Assembly: GCA_964389305.1 (NCBI GenBank)
Contig: CAYMEK010000019.1
Location: 416 to 64,415, forward strand
Direction of reading: 5' to 3'
Origin: an uncultured Spirochaetaceae bacterium
GTDB lineage: Bacteria; Spirochaetota; Spirochaetia; SZUA-6; DRHE01
DNA: 64,000 nt
How positions within the stretch are numbered: the stretch's first letter is position 1; each line of letters opens with the position of its first letter. Below the pieces are notes generated by a model. The model was not told where the DNA came from. It did not search any database and worked only from the letters and a program-made list of their open reading frames with translations. The translations under genes and the position numbers were made by a program. Of the stretch, positions 10,007 through 19,471 are shown in pieces.

Positions 10007-13000
10007 TTACCCTGTCTTGGCCCGCACTCTCTTCTCCAGCTCGAGAAGCTCCACATTATTGCGGTTATTGCGATTCTTCAGGAGCTGCTCGATTATGGCA
10101 AGGGCCTCGAAATATCTACCTTCCAGGTACTTGGCCTCCGCCTCGCGCAGAAGGCGCTGGTCGTTGCTGGAAAGCACATTCTCCCTCGTTCCCCCGGTAT
10201 CTCTCAAGATCTGGTCTTTCAGCGCGATCGCCTCGCGGTTGTCTGGATTCAGGCGGATTGCCTCATTGAGCTGGTCCAGGGCCACGGGAAACAGGTCGCG
10301 CAGATTGCGATCCCGGATCGATTTCGCCTGAACGTAGAGGTCGCGCGATTGGGCGATCTTGGCCGGGTCGGGCGGTGCAACACGCAAGCCCAGCGAGACT
10401 TCCAGATTCCTGATGGCGGTCTGCAGACCCGGATACTGGGGCTGTATCTGCTCGATGTCCTTCAGAGCCGCGTAGGCCGCCTGGGGGCTTGTGCCGGCGG
10501 TTCTGAGCGCCTCGTTGTAGATCTCGGTTACCCGGCTCCGGAATGCATCCGGATCGCTGATTTGCAGGATTCGCAGGGTCAGGACCCGGGCCTGAGCATT
10601 GTAGGGAAAGGGAATCAGGATCTTGGCGATTCGTTCCTCGGCCCTGCGCAGCAGGCGCAGCGCTTCTCCCTGCTGTCCCTGTTCGATGAGCCTTTTCCCG
10701 GCCAGGTAGTCGTTATAGGCCAGGTTGTAGAGCTGGCTCATTTCCTTGTACAGCGGATCGGAGACCGCAATCTCTCTGCCGGTAGTGGCGGTGACGGCGT
10801 TTCGTACCAGAGCGAGCCAAAAGCTGATCTCTTCGTTTGCCTCGGGGTTGGTATCCAACCAGCGAGCCTGGGCCTTCAGCAGGGTCTGTTCGGCCCCCGA
10901 GAAGTCACCCTGAGCATACAGCCTGCGACCCGCATCGATCAGCTCCCTGACCTCGTTTATGACCACGCTGTTTTCCATATCCACGATCCGCCGGGACAGC
11001 GCCACCAGCTCCTCGTCCCTGATCCGCCGCACTTCTGCATCTTCCTGGAAAGCAAGGGAGCTGTCGAAGGCTTCTCGGGCGCTCTGAAGATGCTCGCGAG
11101 CCTCGGAATAATGCCTGGCGTTCACGCTGCTGCGGGCCTGCTGGAGACGGAGCATACCTTCCCTGCGATAGCGCTCGGCCTGCAGGGTCGCCTGCCGAGA
11201 TTCCTCGATGCGCCGATCGAGCTCAGCCTCGAGCGAGGCGCCTCGATCGAGCAGGCCACGCAGCGACGATACGTGCATCTGAAGCTCCTCGCTTTGCTGC
11301 ATATAACCCTGCTTCGCTAAAGTGTCTATTAGCATGGTTCGAGCCGTCGAGATAAGATCCTGAAGGTTCTCCGCCAAGGGCCGATAGATCGCCAGAGCCT
11401 GGGAGGGAAACTTCTCCAGGCGCGCGGGCGTTTCAATTACCTGTCCCTCCTCATCTACTATAGGCTCCAAGGTTACTTCGATTCCTTCTTGCAGCTTCAC
11501 CGCTTCCTCGTACTGGGCCTGGTACTGGCGAAACTGCTGCTCGAGCTCCACCCCTCGTACCCGCATGACGCGGTCGAGATAACGGATATCCAACGCTTCA
11601 ATCCTGCTCATAGTCCCATCGATATCCGCGATCACTTCCTGGGCCTGCGCAACGTGGCTGTTCAGTGCCAATCCGTATTCGAAGCTCTCCCGGTATAGCT
11701 CCAGCTGGCGCTCCCACAATGCGCGCAGGTCCGTAGAGCTCTGTGATAGAACGGCCAACTGGTCCCGGTCGTCGAAAACCTCCTCCAGCGAGCTGACCTC
11801 CTTTTCCCTGAGTTCATCTACCGCGATGGTCGTAGCTATGAGTGCCCGGTAGCTGTCCACTGCCTGCAGATATTCCTGGGTATGAAGAAAGGACGGCAGT
11901 GCCTCACGAGCAGCCTGAAGACCCGCATCATCGAAGGCAAAGGACCTGCCCGGATCGATTCGCAGAGGCCAGTCGGTCTGGAGGTCGAGAAGCGCGTCAA
12001 ACAACCCGGCTGTCTCGTCCAGACTGGAGCGAGCTTGAGAAAAGGAGTCCCGCCTGAGTTGCTGGAGCGCCGCCCTATAGGCAGCCTCTCCCCTCTGCTG
12101 CAACGGCTCCTGCAGCTCCTGCGCGGTTCGCTGCCACATGGCGTCCAAAGCGAAGGCGATGCCCTGCCCAGTCGCGTCATCGGGACCGGATACGAGCTGG
12201 CCTGCGAAAAACAGGAACAGGTCCACCGTCCCCTCGGGCGAGCTTTCCCTGATCCGCTGGTTCTGGCTCCTGAAGGTATTTCCTGCCCGATCCACCCTGC
12301 CTTTCAGCGCCATCATACGCCCAAGGCGAGCGCTAGCCTCCGCCGCCTCCCGATCGACGGCGTCTATCTCGACCGCCCGCAATCGGCCGACAATCTCCTC
12401 GAGCCCCGCATCGAGGGTTTCAAACTCCGCAACCGCTTCTTTCACGTCCGCGACCGCTGCGTTCACCGAGTCCACGACGATATTGCCGTAATCGGCCCGA
12501 TCGAACCTGTCCTTAGCGATCTGGAAACCTTCCAGGTATATGGCGAGGGCCTCCTCATATTCCCCGGCCTCCATCCTGACCTTGGCGCGCTGGATGAGGT
12601 CCCGAAAACTGTTGAGAAAGTGGACCACCTCTGTGCCCGATCTGGCCAGAGCCAGAGCCTCGGCCAAACCTTGGCCGGGATTCGGATCAAGCTCCTCCAG
12701 CTTTTTGATCAATTCGAGCGCTTTACCCAGATCGGTTTCCACGAACAACGCCGCTATCAGCTCATCGAAATTCCGGTTATATTCCTCCCGGATCTTCCGA
12801 ATACGCCCCATGAGCTGCTCGGCGGCATCGAAGCGGTCCGGGTCTTCCTTGATCACCTGGGTGAGCAGCAGGATCGCCTCGTTGTAGCGTTTCTCGTCGA
12901 TCAACCGTTCCACCTCCGCCAAACGGGCCCGCGACTGCCTCTCGGTTTGACCGCGCGCGTCGATATTGAGAGCGGACAGCAGACAGAGAGCGATAGCAAA

Positions 13001-13117
13001 GAATGCGACTTTTACCTTTTCCGAACGAGAAAACAACTCTATTTTGGCCCCCAAAACCGTTTTGAGGAAGCTTCTGTTTGTTCTACTATAATCTATATCA
13101 TTATCGACGGAAAACAC
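10007..13117 (-). CDS. Large alpha-helical TPR/coiled-coil exported protein
   Basis: 1036-aa ORF with repeated TPR-like helices (YNEAILLLTQVIKEDP, YEEALAIY, LNEAIRLNPDNREA) and an N-terminal hydrophobic stretch. The true start may lie about 80 nt downstream. Its stop abuts the phosphatase start. Confidence 0.8.
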   Translation of the reverse strand: MFSVDNDIDYSRTNRSFLKTVLGAKIELFSRSEKVKVAFFAIALCLLSALNIDARGQTERQSRARLAEVERLIDEKRYNEAILLLTQVIKEDPDRFDAAEQLMGRIRKIREEYNRNFDELIAALFVETDLGKALELIKKLEELDPNPGQGLAEALALARSGTEVVHFLNSFRDLIQRAKVRMEAGEYEEALAIYLEGFQIAKDRFDRADYGNIVVDSVNAAVADVKEAVAEFETLDAGLEEIVGRLRAVEIDAVDREAAEASARLGRMMALKGRVDRAGNTFRSQNQRIRESSPEGTVDLFLFFAGQLVSGPDDATGQGIAFALDAMWQRTAQELQEPLQQRGEAAYRAALQQLRRDSFSQARSSLDETAGLFDALLDLQTDWPLRIDPGRSFAFDDAGLQAAREALPSFLHTQEYLQAVDSYRALIATTIAVDELREKEVSSLEEVFDDRDQLAVLSQSSTDLRALWERQLELYRESFEYGLALNSHVAQAQEVIADIDGTMSRIEALDIRYLDRVMRVRGVELEQQFRQYQAQYEEAVKLQEGIEVTLEPIVDEEGQVIETPARLEKFPSQALAIYRPLAENLQDLISTARTMLIDTLAKQGYMQQSEELQMHVSSLRGLLDRGASLEAELDRRIEESRQATLQAERYRREGMLRLQQARSSVNARHYSEAREHLQSAREAFDSSLAFQEDAEVRRIRDEELVALSRRIVDMENSVVINEVRELIDAGRRLYAQGDFSGAEQTLLKAQARWLDTNPEANEEISFWLALVRNAVTATTGREIAVSDPLYKEMSQLYNLAYNDYLAGKRLIEQGQQGEALRLLRRAEERIAKILIPFPYNAQARVLTLRILQISDPDAFRSRVTEIYNEALRTAGTSPQAAYAALKDIEQIQPQYPGLQTAIRNLEVSLGLRVAPPDPAKIAQSRDLYVQAKSIRDRNLRDLFPVALDQLNEAIRLNPDNREAIALKDQILRDTGGTRENVLSSNDQRLLREAEAKYLEGRYFEALAIIEQLLKNRNNRNNVELLELEKRVRAKTG

Positions 13118-13241
13118 CCCCTACGTACAGCCGAATGTCGAAAGTACCGATAGTCTAGCAGGAGACAAACAACAGCCTATGAACGTGAGTATTGCTCCTC
13201 GAGCTGGAAACTCCCCTGCTTTGGATGTATACTTGAGATAG

Positions 13242-14474
13242 ATGAAGAGATTGCTCCTGTTCGTAACAATTATATTACTCTTTGCACTCCCGATGTGGGC
13301 TGACTTTGCGGAGTTTTATTATAATTTGAACCAAGCCTTTTCCCGGTTTGCCGATCCCAATACCGGATTGACGGCCTTCCCCACCCTTTTGATACCCATG
13401 GGCGGGAAACTGGAAGGAATGGGAACCGCTTACACGGCTGTGGCTGCGGATTCGGGCTATCTCGAGGCCAATCCCTCGGCCAGCTCGTCCCTCGAAACAG
13501 GCGAGCTGTCCTTCTTTCATCACAACTGGATCGCCGATTCCAACCTCGAGGGAGTGGTCTACACGATACGCTACAACGACCTGGGAATCGGTCTGGGCGG
13601 CAAGTTCCTCTACGTGCCCTTCACCGCCTATAACGAGTGGGGAGAGCGGGAGAGCCGGGGCTACATCTCCGAGACGGTTGCCACGTTGAACGTCTCCTAC
13701 AACTTCTTTTCCGGCTACAGTTTTTACGGCCTCGGCCTCGGCGCCAACCTCAAAGCAGCCTATCGCCACGTACCGGCCGCCATCTACCCGGACCAGTCGG
13801 CATTGACCGGCATGATCGATTTGGGCCTGCTGACGCGCTTCAACTTTCTCAAATTCTACATCTCCCGGGCCAAGAATTTCTCCGTAGGAATCGCAGTGAA
13901 AAATGTCGGCCTCCCGGCTCTGGACGACCCGCTGCCAACCTTAGCCACAGCGGGAATCGCTTACTCCCCGATCCGCCCGCTCACCTGGGCTTTCGATTTC
14001 AACCTCCCTTTCAGCTTCACTCCTGAGCAGGCGCCGGCCGAGCGCTGGTACCTGGCCAGCGGCTTGAGCGTCGCGGTTACCCACTTTCTCTCCATCCACG
14101 GCGGCTTCCAGTGGAAGGGTGAGAATCCAAAGATAAGCGTAGGCAGCGCCATCGATCTGGAGAAAGTCAGTTTCATTCTCAATTACAACCTCGACTTGAG
14201 CGGACGGGTCGATCCACTCGACAAGTTCAGCGTAGAAGCGAAGCTGAATCTGGGCGATCGGGGCAGGCTCGCTCTTCAAAATCGGCTCGACGAGCTGTAT
14301 CTGAACGGTCTGGAGGCCTACGCCCGCGGCGACCTGAAAGAGGCCATAGAGTATTGGGAGCAGGTCCTAGAAATCGATCCCACCTTCGTACCGGCACGCG
14401 AGAACATTGAAACCGCCCGAAAAGCCATCGAACTGCAGCAGGAAATGCAGGAGCAGCTCGATATCGGAGGATAA
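13242..14474 (+). CDS. UPF0164 family FadL/PorV-like outer-membrane protein with a C-terminal TPR
   Basis: Signal peptide; DPNTGLTAFPTLLIPMGG..EGMGTAYTAVA.D...EANPSASS, HHNWIADS; C-terminal TPR (AIEYWEQVLEIDPTF). Confidence 0.85.
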   Translation: MKRLLLFVTIILLFALPMWADFAEFYYNLNQAFSRFADPNTGLTAFPTLLIPMGGKLEGMGTAYTAVAADSGYLEANPSASSSLETGELSFFHHNWIADSNLEGVVYTIRYNDLGIGLGGKFLYVPFTAYNEWGERESRGYISETVATLNVSYNFFSGYSFYGLGLGANLKAAYRHVPAAIYPDQSALTGMIDLGLLTRFNFLKFYISRAKNFSVGIAVKNVGLPALDDPLPTLATAGIAYSPIRPLTWAFDFNLPFSFTPEQAPAERWYLASGLSVAVTHFLSIHGGFQWKGENPKISVGSAIDLEKVSFILNYNLDLSGRVDPLDKFSVEAKLNLGDRGRLALQNRLDELYLNGLEAYARGDLKEAIEYWEQVLEIDPTFVPARENIETARKAIELQQEMQEQLDIGG

Positions 14475-14553
14475 CAGTCAGGCGGAGGTTGCCGTCTCCC
14501 GGCTGCATCAACTTCACGCTGCGGCCCAGCCGGTGAGAGAAGTTGTATGCAGC

Positions 14554-14582
14554 TTGACTTTGTACAGCCGATCCGCTACCGT
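14554..14582 (+). promoter_or_regulatory. sigma70-type promoter of rex (probably leaderless mRNA)
   Basis: TTGACT-17 bp-TACCGT ending 8 nt before the TTG start; no SD. Confidence 0.5.
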
Positions 14583-14590
14583 TTATCACC

Positions 14591-15265
14591 TTGAAACACG
14601 AAGCCAGGCATCGAAAACCAAAGCCGTCGATTCCCGTTCAGACATTGCGCCGGATACCCTACTACCACCAGATTCTCTCGGATCTGGAGCAGAAAGGTGA
14701 GCGGTTCGTCTCCTCCAAGTACCTGGCCGCCTTCTTCAACGTGGACGACACACAAGTGCGCAAGGATGTGTCCGTGATCGGATACAAGGGCAAGCCCAAG
14801 TCGGGATACTCCGTGCCGGGCTTGAAATCGGCGATCGGAGAGTTCCTGGGCATCAACACTGAAAACACGGCGATCCTCATAGGGGTGGGAAAGCTCGGAT
14901 CCGCCCTCATAGAGTATCCTGGGCTTCCTGAGTACGGGCTCAAGCTGGTCGCTGTATTCGACAATGATAGCCGGAAGACCGGAAAGGCAATCGGTTCTTT
15001 CTCCATTCTTCCAATGGAGAGCCTATCCCGAGTGGTGCAAAGCTTCGACGTGGGGATCGCCATCATAACCGTTCCCAAGGAATCTGCCCAGGAAGTCTGC
15101 GACCTGGTGGTGGCTCAGAATATCAAGGCCATCTGGAACTTTGCACCGACTCAGCTCAGGGTGCCTGCGGAGGTGACTATTCGCCACGAGAACATGGCCG
15201 TGGGGCTGGCCCTGCTCTCCCACTACCTCAAGAAAAGGAAAGCTCAGAGCGTGGTTATCGATTGA
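14591..15265 (+). CDS. rex: Redox-sensing transcriptional repressor Rex
   Basis: TLRRIPYY, QVRKDVS..G..GKPKSGY winged helix; GVGKLGSAL Rossmann fold; AIWNFAP. Confidence 0.93.
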   Translation: MKHEARHRKPKPSIPVQTLRRIPYYHQILSDLEQKGERFVSSKYLAAFFNVDDTQVRKDVSVIGYKGKPKSGYSVPGLKSAIGEFLGINTENTAILIGVGKLGSALIEYPGLPEYGLKLVAVFDNDSRKTGKAIGSFSILPMESLSRVVQSFDVGIAIITVPKESAQEVCDLVVAQNIKAIWNFAPTQLRVPAEVTIRHENMAVGLALLSHYLKKRKAQSVVID

Positions 15266-15274
15266 AGCCCTGTT

Positions 15275-16075
15275 CTATTTCGGATTGGAAACCGTGCTCT
15301 TGAAGCTCTTGTACACGGCGTAGAGGGGAAAATCGAATTTCTTCGATTCCGCCAGAGTGCTGAAGCTCCTGTTGAGCTCACGCGGCCTGTTTTTCATGAT
15401 TCTCCTTAAAAGCTTCTCTTCCCGCTGCAGCCTCTTGAAGTTGAAACGGCTCTCCATAGCCCGGATGAACTGGCCCGCCTCTTCTCTATAGTCCTCGCCC
15501 AGAACCTGGCGGACCGGCTCGACTATCTGTCCGATCACTTCCTCGATACTGCCCGTCTCATGCTTGTGCAGCGCCTTTTCCACCTGCTTGACGAAGTCAC
15601 TTTCCCGGAACACGATACGGTCCACGACTACCCTGAGGTCGAGCCGTTTCTTGCTGGCCGCCTTGGAGCTCATATCCCGCCGTCCCAGCAGCAGAAAAAC
15701 CCCCACCGAGACGGCCAGGCCGATCGCGACCTCATCGAGCACCGGCAGTGGATCACGTATCACGAAAGAGGTGAAAAAATACACGACGATGAAAGCCAGG
15801 GCCGACATAAGGAATTTCGGAATGAAGCGAACGTCGCTCAGCCAGTTCTTCACCCCGACCTCGATCAGGCGGTACAGCTCGTTGCGGAACATGGTGAGGG
15901 CCTCCACCCGCGGCTCCCTACCGTAGCGGCCCGCCACAGTGCTCTTCTCGAGCTGGCTGACGATCTTGTCGGCACTGGCGAAGGGATGGAGAAACAGCGA
16001 AGTGCCGTCCTCCCGGAAAATATGGAATATGATGATCCGATCCTTGTCCCCCATCGCTTTCAATTCGGCAGCCAA
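15275..16075 (-). CDS. Hypothetical membrane protein (2 TM)
   Basis: 266-aa ORF with two hydrophobic helices around RDPLPVLDE. Start may be ATG 16054. Confidence 0.75.
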   Translation of the reverse strand: MAAELKAMGDKDRIIIFHIFREDGTSLFLHPFASADKIVSQLEKSTVAGRYGREPRVEALTMFRNELYRLIEVGVKNWLSDVRFIPKFLMSALAFIVVYFFTSFVIRDPLPVLDEVAIGLAVSVGVFLLLGRRDMSSKAASKKRLDLRVVVDRIVFRESDFVKQVEKALHKHETGSIEEVIGQIVEPVRQVLGEDYREEAGQFIRAMESRFNFKRLQREEKLLRRIMKNRPRELNRSFSTLAESKKFDFPLYAVYKSFKSTVSNPK

Positions 16076-16114
16076 ACTATACAGCTACAACATACTTTCT
16101 GCGCCTAAAGTGTG

Positions 16115-19100
16115 TCAAGCAGCACCTGAGCGGCGGCCTTCTGCGCCTCCCGCGAGCGCAGCCGACACCCCAGCCCCCGGGGGATCCTTGCGCCCGCCGG
16201 ACGGCGGGCAAAGGTTGGAGACTCGCTCGACGGTCAGGCTGCAGGCCCCCAGTTCCGCTACAACCATCCCCGACAGCAGGAAGATCCCGCCCCTGTCGAT
16301 CCTGCGGAACGTCCGGCGAAAAACCGCCGGAAAGAACACCGTCTCGAAAACCGAGTGTTCGTCCTCGAAGCTGACAAACACCATCGGCTCTCCGCTGCTC
16401 GCCACTACCTCCTTGCCGCTGACCAGCAGTCCGGCCAAGCTTACCCGCCGGCCGGCGGCCCCCGGCAGCTCCCGGGAGAGAATCAGGGGGGGCAGGCGCC
16501 GCTCGGCTACCACGCTCCGGGCCCGCCGCCGGAATATCGCCACGGGATGACAGGAGGCTACCAGGCCGAGGGTGCGCAGCTCGTCGAGCAGCTTGAGCAG
16601 CCGGGGGTAGTCCCCGATGCTCGCGGGGCTCGCAGGGCTAGCAGGGCTAGCAGGGGCGGGGGGCGCGATCAAAAGGCTGTCCGCCGGCTGCCGGCGGAAG
16701 TACAGCCAGAACAGCCGCGGCCGGGACAGGCCTCCGGCCAGGCAGTCCAGGGCGCCGGAGCGGATCAGTACGCGGATCTCTCCCAGGCCCGCGCCGGTGC
16801 GCCGCAGGAATTCATCGAAGCAGCGGTAGGGCCCCCCGCGCTGCCTTTCGACAATGATGGTGCGCACGAAACTGCGGCGAATCCTCAGAAGCTGACCGAG
16901 ACCTATTCGCAGCGCCCCCTGCTCGACCGTGTAGCCGATGGCGCTGGCGTTGACGTCCGGGAGGAGGATCCTGAAGCCCAGCCGGCGGCACTCGTTGAGG
17001 TAGGTCTGCCGGGAGTAGTAGCCGCCGCCGTTGTTGATCACCGAAACGAAAAACTCCAGGGGAAAGAAGCGTTTCAGGTAGGCGAGCTTGTAGGCCACCA
17101 GGGCGTAGGAGGCGCTGTGGGCTTTGCAGAACGAATAGCCCCGAAAGGTGAGGATCATCCGCCAAACCTGCTCCAGGACGCGGCGAGGGCTGCCAGCGAG
17201 CGAGCCCTTCAGGAAGAATCTGCGCCGGAAGTCCTCGAGGCGGCGGGCCCCGCTTTTCCCGGCCAGGGTCCTGCGCAGCTCCTCCGCCTCCCCCGGCGAA
17301 AAGCCCGCCGCGGCCGCGGCCACCCGGCAGACATCCTCCTGGTAGACCATTATGCCGTAGGTGTCCGCCAGGATCCTGCTCATCTGCGGGGTGAGGGCCC
17401 GGTAGCGCCCGCCGTGCAGGCGCCGCAGGAACTCGCGGATGCAGCGGCTGGCGGCCGGGCGGATGATCGAGCTGGCGATTACCAGATGCTCGTAGTCCCC
17501 GCGGCCCATCTTCCTGAGAAGCTGGCGGGTCGCCGGGGATTCTATGTAGAAGACGCCCAGGGTCCGGCCCGCGGCGATCAGCTCGCCCGTCTCCCTGCTC
17601 CCCAGGGGGTCCAGCCCCTCCCAGGTCAGCTCGACCCCCGGCTCCCGCGGCCGGCCTGCCCCCGGCGGCGGGCAGGCTTCCGGCTGCAGGCAGGCCGGCG
17701 GCGGGCAGGCGCCCCGCTTCCCCCCTATCTTGGGCGAGGTGATAGCCGGCTTCCCGCCCCCGAGCAGGCGCCGGTTTATCAGCTCGATGGTATCTCGAAG
17801 CACGCCGAGGGAGCGGTTGCCCAGAAGGTCAATCTTTACCAGGCCTGCTTCCTGGGCGGAGTCTTTGTCCCAGGCGATCAGCGGGTGGCCCAGAGGCGAA
17901 GCCTGGACATGAGTGTAGCGGGTGATGGGCTGGGGTGTGATCACCACCCCGCCGCAGTGAGTGCCCAGGTTTCGCGGCAGCGAGCGGATCCGCTCCGCCG
18001 CTTCCAGCAAGTGGGCAGGAAGGCGCTCCCGCTCTCCGTAGCGATAGAGACGCACCATCTTGCCGATCTCCCCGGCGCTCAGGCCCAGGGCCCGGGCCGC
18101 CTCGCGCACGGCCGATCGGGGTCCGAAGGTGACGTGGTCCGCCACCATCCCGGCCCGCCCCGCGTAGCGGGAAAACACGTGGCGCAGCACCGCTTCCCGC
18201 TCGTCCCAGGGGAAGTCGACGTCGATGTCCGGCGGGTCACTGCGATGCAGGTTGAGGAAACGCTCGAACAGGAGGTTGTGGCGCAGCGGGTCCACGTGGG
18301 TGATCCCCAGCAGGTAGCTGACGATGCTGGCCGCCGAGCTTCCGCGCCCGCAGGTCCGGCGGCACCGGGAGACAATGTCCCGAACCACCAGGAAATAGCC
18401 GGCGAAGCCCCTGCGGCGAATTACCTCCAGCTCGCGATCGAGCCTGCTCCTCCAGGACGGGGGCGGCAGCCGCAGCGCGCCGCCGCCCGGACGAGACCGG
18501 TCGGGACGGAGGGGAGCAGGATAGAGGGGCTCGGGATAGCGGCGGAGCGCTCCGTCAAGACAAAGGCGGCGAAGCAGCCGGAAGGACTCGGCCTCGCTCA
18601 GACCGCAGTAGCTGGGAAACAGGGGGCGGCCTGAAAGGATCGATTCGCTCGACGCCCGCTCGACCAGCCGCCGGGCGTTGAGCAGGGCCTCCGGGACTGC
18701 GGAGAAATAGCGCTGCATCTGTTCGGAACCCGCCAGCAGGCTGCTCGCCCCCGTCCTCTCCCGGGGAGGGAGCTCTTCGACCGTGCAGTTGCGTTCAGCG
18801 GCGCGCAGAAGATTACAGCATTCGGCGTCCCTGGAGTCCACGCAGCAGGCGTCGTTCACCGCCAGAAGGGGAAGCCCCGAGGAGCGGGAGAAGCGTGCCA
18901 GTGCCTGGAAAGGAAAGCCGTAGGTCAACCCGACGTACAGGTCACAGCTCTGTCTGGCGGCCAGCCTTTCAACCACCGCCCGGTCGCCGCTGACCAGGGC
19001 CAATCCGGGCCAGCTGCGGGAGATCAGGTTCTCCAGCGGATCCACGGCGTCCAGGCTGGATACGATCTCCGCCAGCCTGACGAAACCCCGGCGGTCGAGC

Positions 19101-19351
19101 ACGTACGCGCTGCACAGCTCCGCCCCTCCCCGGTTGAAGGACATCCCGACGACGGGCTTGACGGACTCGCGTTCCGCCGCCTTGAGAAAGCGCACCAGCC
19201 CGTAAAAGTTGCCGCGGTCGACCATGCCTACCGCCGGAAAGCCGCGCAGCCGGGCCAGGCGGCAGATCGCCTCGGGAGTCAGGCAACCATACCCGAGGGA
19301 AAAGCAGGAACGCACCTTGATTGGTACATAGGGCCAGTCCGGAGTTTTCAT
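16115..19351 (-). CDS. dnaE2: Error-prone DNA polymerase III alpha subunit, DnaE2-type
   Basis: PHP domain with degenerate metal ligands, GRGSSAASIVSYLLGIT, LLFERFLN, PPDIDVDF, THCGGVV, KIDLLG, YSFCKAHSASYA, OB fold MVFVSFEDE. The upstream 154 codons of the ORF call are the antisense of the next gene plus intergenic sequence, so the start is set at ATG 19351. Confidence 0.9.
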   Translation of the reverse strand: MKTPDWPYVPIKVRSCFSLGYGCLTPEAICRLARLRGFPAVGMVDRGNFYGLVRFLKAAERESVKPVVGMSFNRGGAELCSAYVLDRRGFVRLAEIVSSLDAVDPLENLISRSWPGLALVSGDRAVVERLAARQSCDLYVGLTYGFPFQALARFSRSSGLPLLAVNDACCVDSRDAECCNLLRAAERNCTVEELPPRERTGASSLLAGSEQMQRYFSAVPEALLNARRLVERASSESILSGRPLFPSYCGLSEAESFRLLRRLCLDGALRRYPEPLYPAPLRPDRSRPGGGALRLPPPSWRSRLDRELEVIRRRGFAGYFLVVRDIVSRCRRTCGRGSSAASIVSYLLGITHVDPLRHNLLFERFLNLHRSDPPDIDVDFPWDEREAVLRHVFSRYAGRAGMVADHVTFGPRSAVREAARALGLSAGEIGKMVRLYRYGERERLPAHLLEAAERIRSLPRNLGTHCGGVVITPQPITRYTHVQASPLGHPLIAWDKDSAQEAGLVKIDLLGNRSLGVLRDTIELINRRLLGGGKPAITSPKIGGKRGACPPPACLQPEACPPPGAGRPREPGVELTWEGLDPLGSRETGELIAAGRTLGVFYIESPATRQLLRKMGRGDYEHLVIASSIIRPAASRCIREFLRRLHGGRYRALTPQMSRILADTYGIMVYQEDVCRVAAAAAGFSPGEAEELRRTLAGKSGARRLEDFRRRFFLKGSLAGSPRRVLEQVWRMILTFRGYSFCKAHSASYALVAYKLAYLKRFFPLEFFVSVINNGGGYYSRQTYLNECRRLGFRILLPDVNASAIGYTVEQGALRIGLGQLLRIRRSFVRTIIVERQRGGPYRCFDEFLRRTGAGLGEIRVLIRSGALDCLAGGLSRPRLFWLYFRRQPADSLLIAPPAPASPASPASPASIGDYPRLLKLLDELRTLGLVASCHPVAIFRRRARSVVAERRLPPLILSRELPGAAGRRVSLAGLLVSGKEVVASSGEPMVFVSFEDEHSVFETVFFPAVFRRTFRRIDRGGIFLLSGMVVAELGACSLTVERVSNLCPPSGGRKDPPGAGVSAALAGGAEGRRSGAA

Positions 19352-19390
19352 ACTATACATTAGTTTAGTATGTGCGCGCCTACCTGTCAA
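19349..19390 (-). promoter_or_regulatory. dnaE2 sigma70 promoter overlapped by a palindromic operator candidate
   Basis: TTGACA (19390-19385)-17 bp-TAAACT (19367-19362). The inverted repeat CATACTA-N10-TAGTATG at 19349-19372 covers the -10 box, the likely TSS and the ATG. Confidence 0.7.
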
Positions 19391-19471
19391 TGGGCGCCAC
19401 CCTATCCGGGCGGCCGCTGCGGCCCCGTGGAGGGATTGAAAATCCGCTTCGGGTTTAGAATAATAAACCGG

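Noticed and set aside
14480-14590. Rex operator upstream of rex (also sought upstream of the ADH gene)
   Set aside because: No convincing TTGTGAA-N4-TTCACAA-like palindrome found by eye.
17640-17775. Intein in DnaE2
   Set aside because: The insertion is only about 45 aa, Pro/Gly-rich, and lacks the N-terminal C/S block and the C-terminal HN-C/S/T motif.
16355-18634. 759-aa plus-strand ORF
   Set aside because: Antisense shadow of the GC-rich dnaE2; no recognisable motifs.
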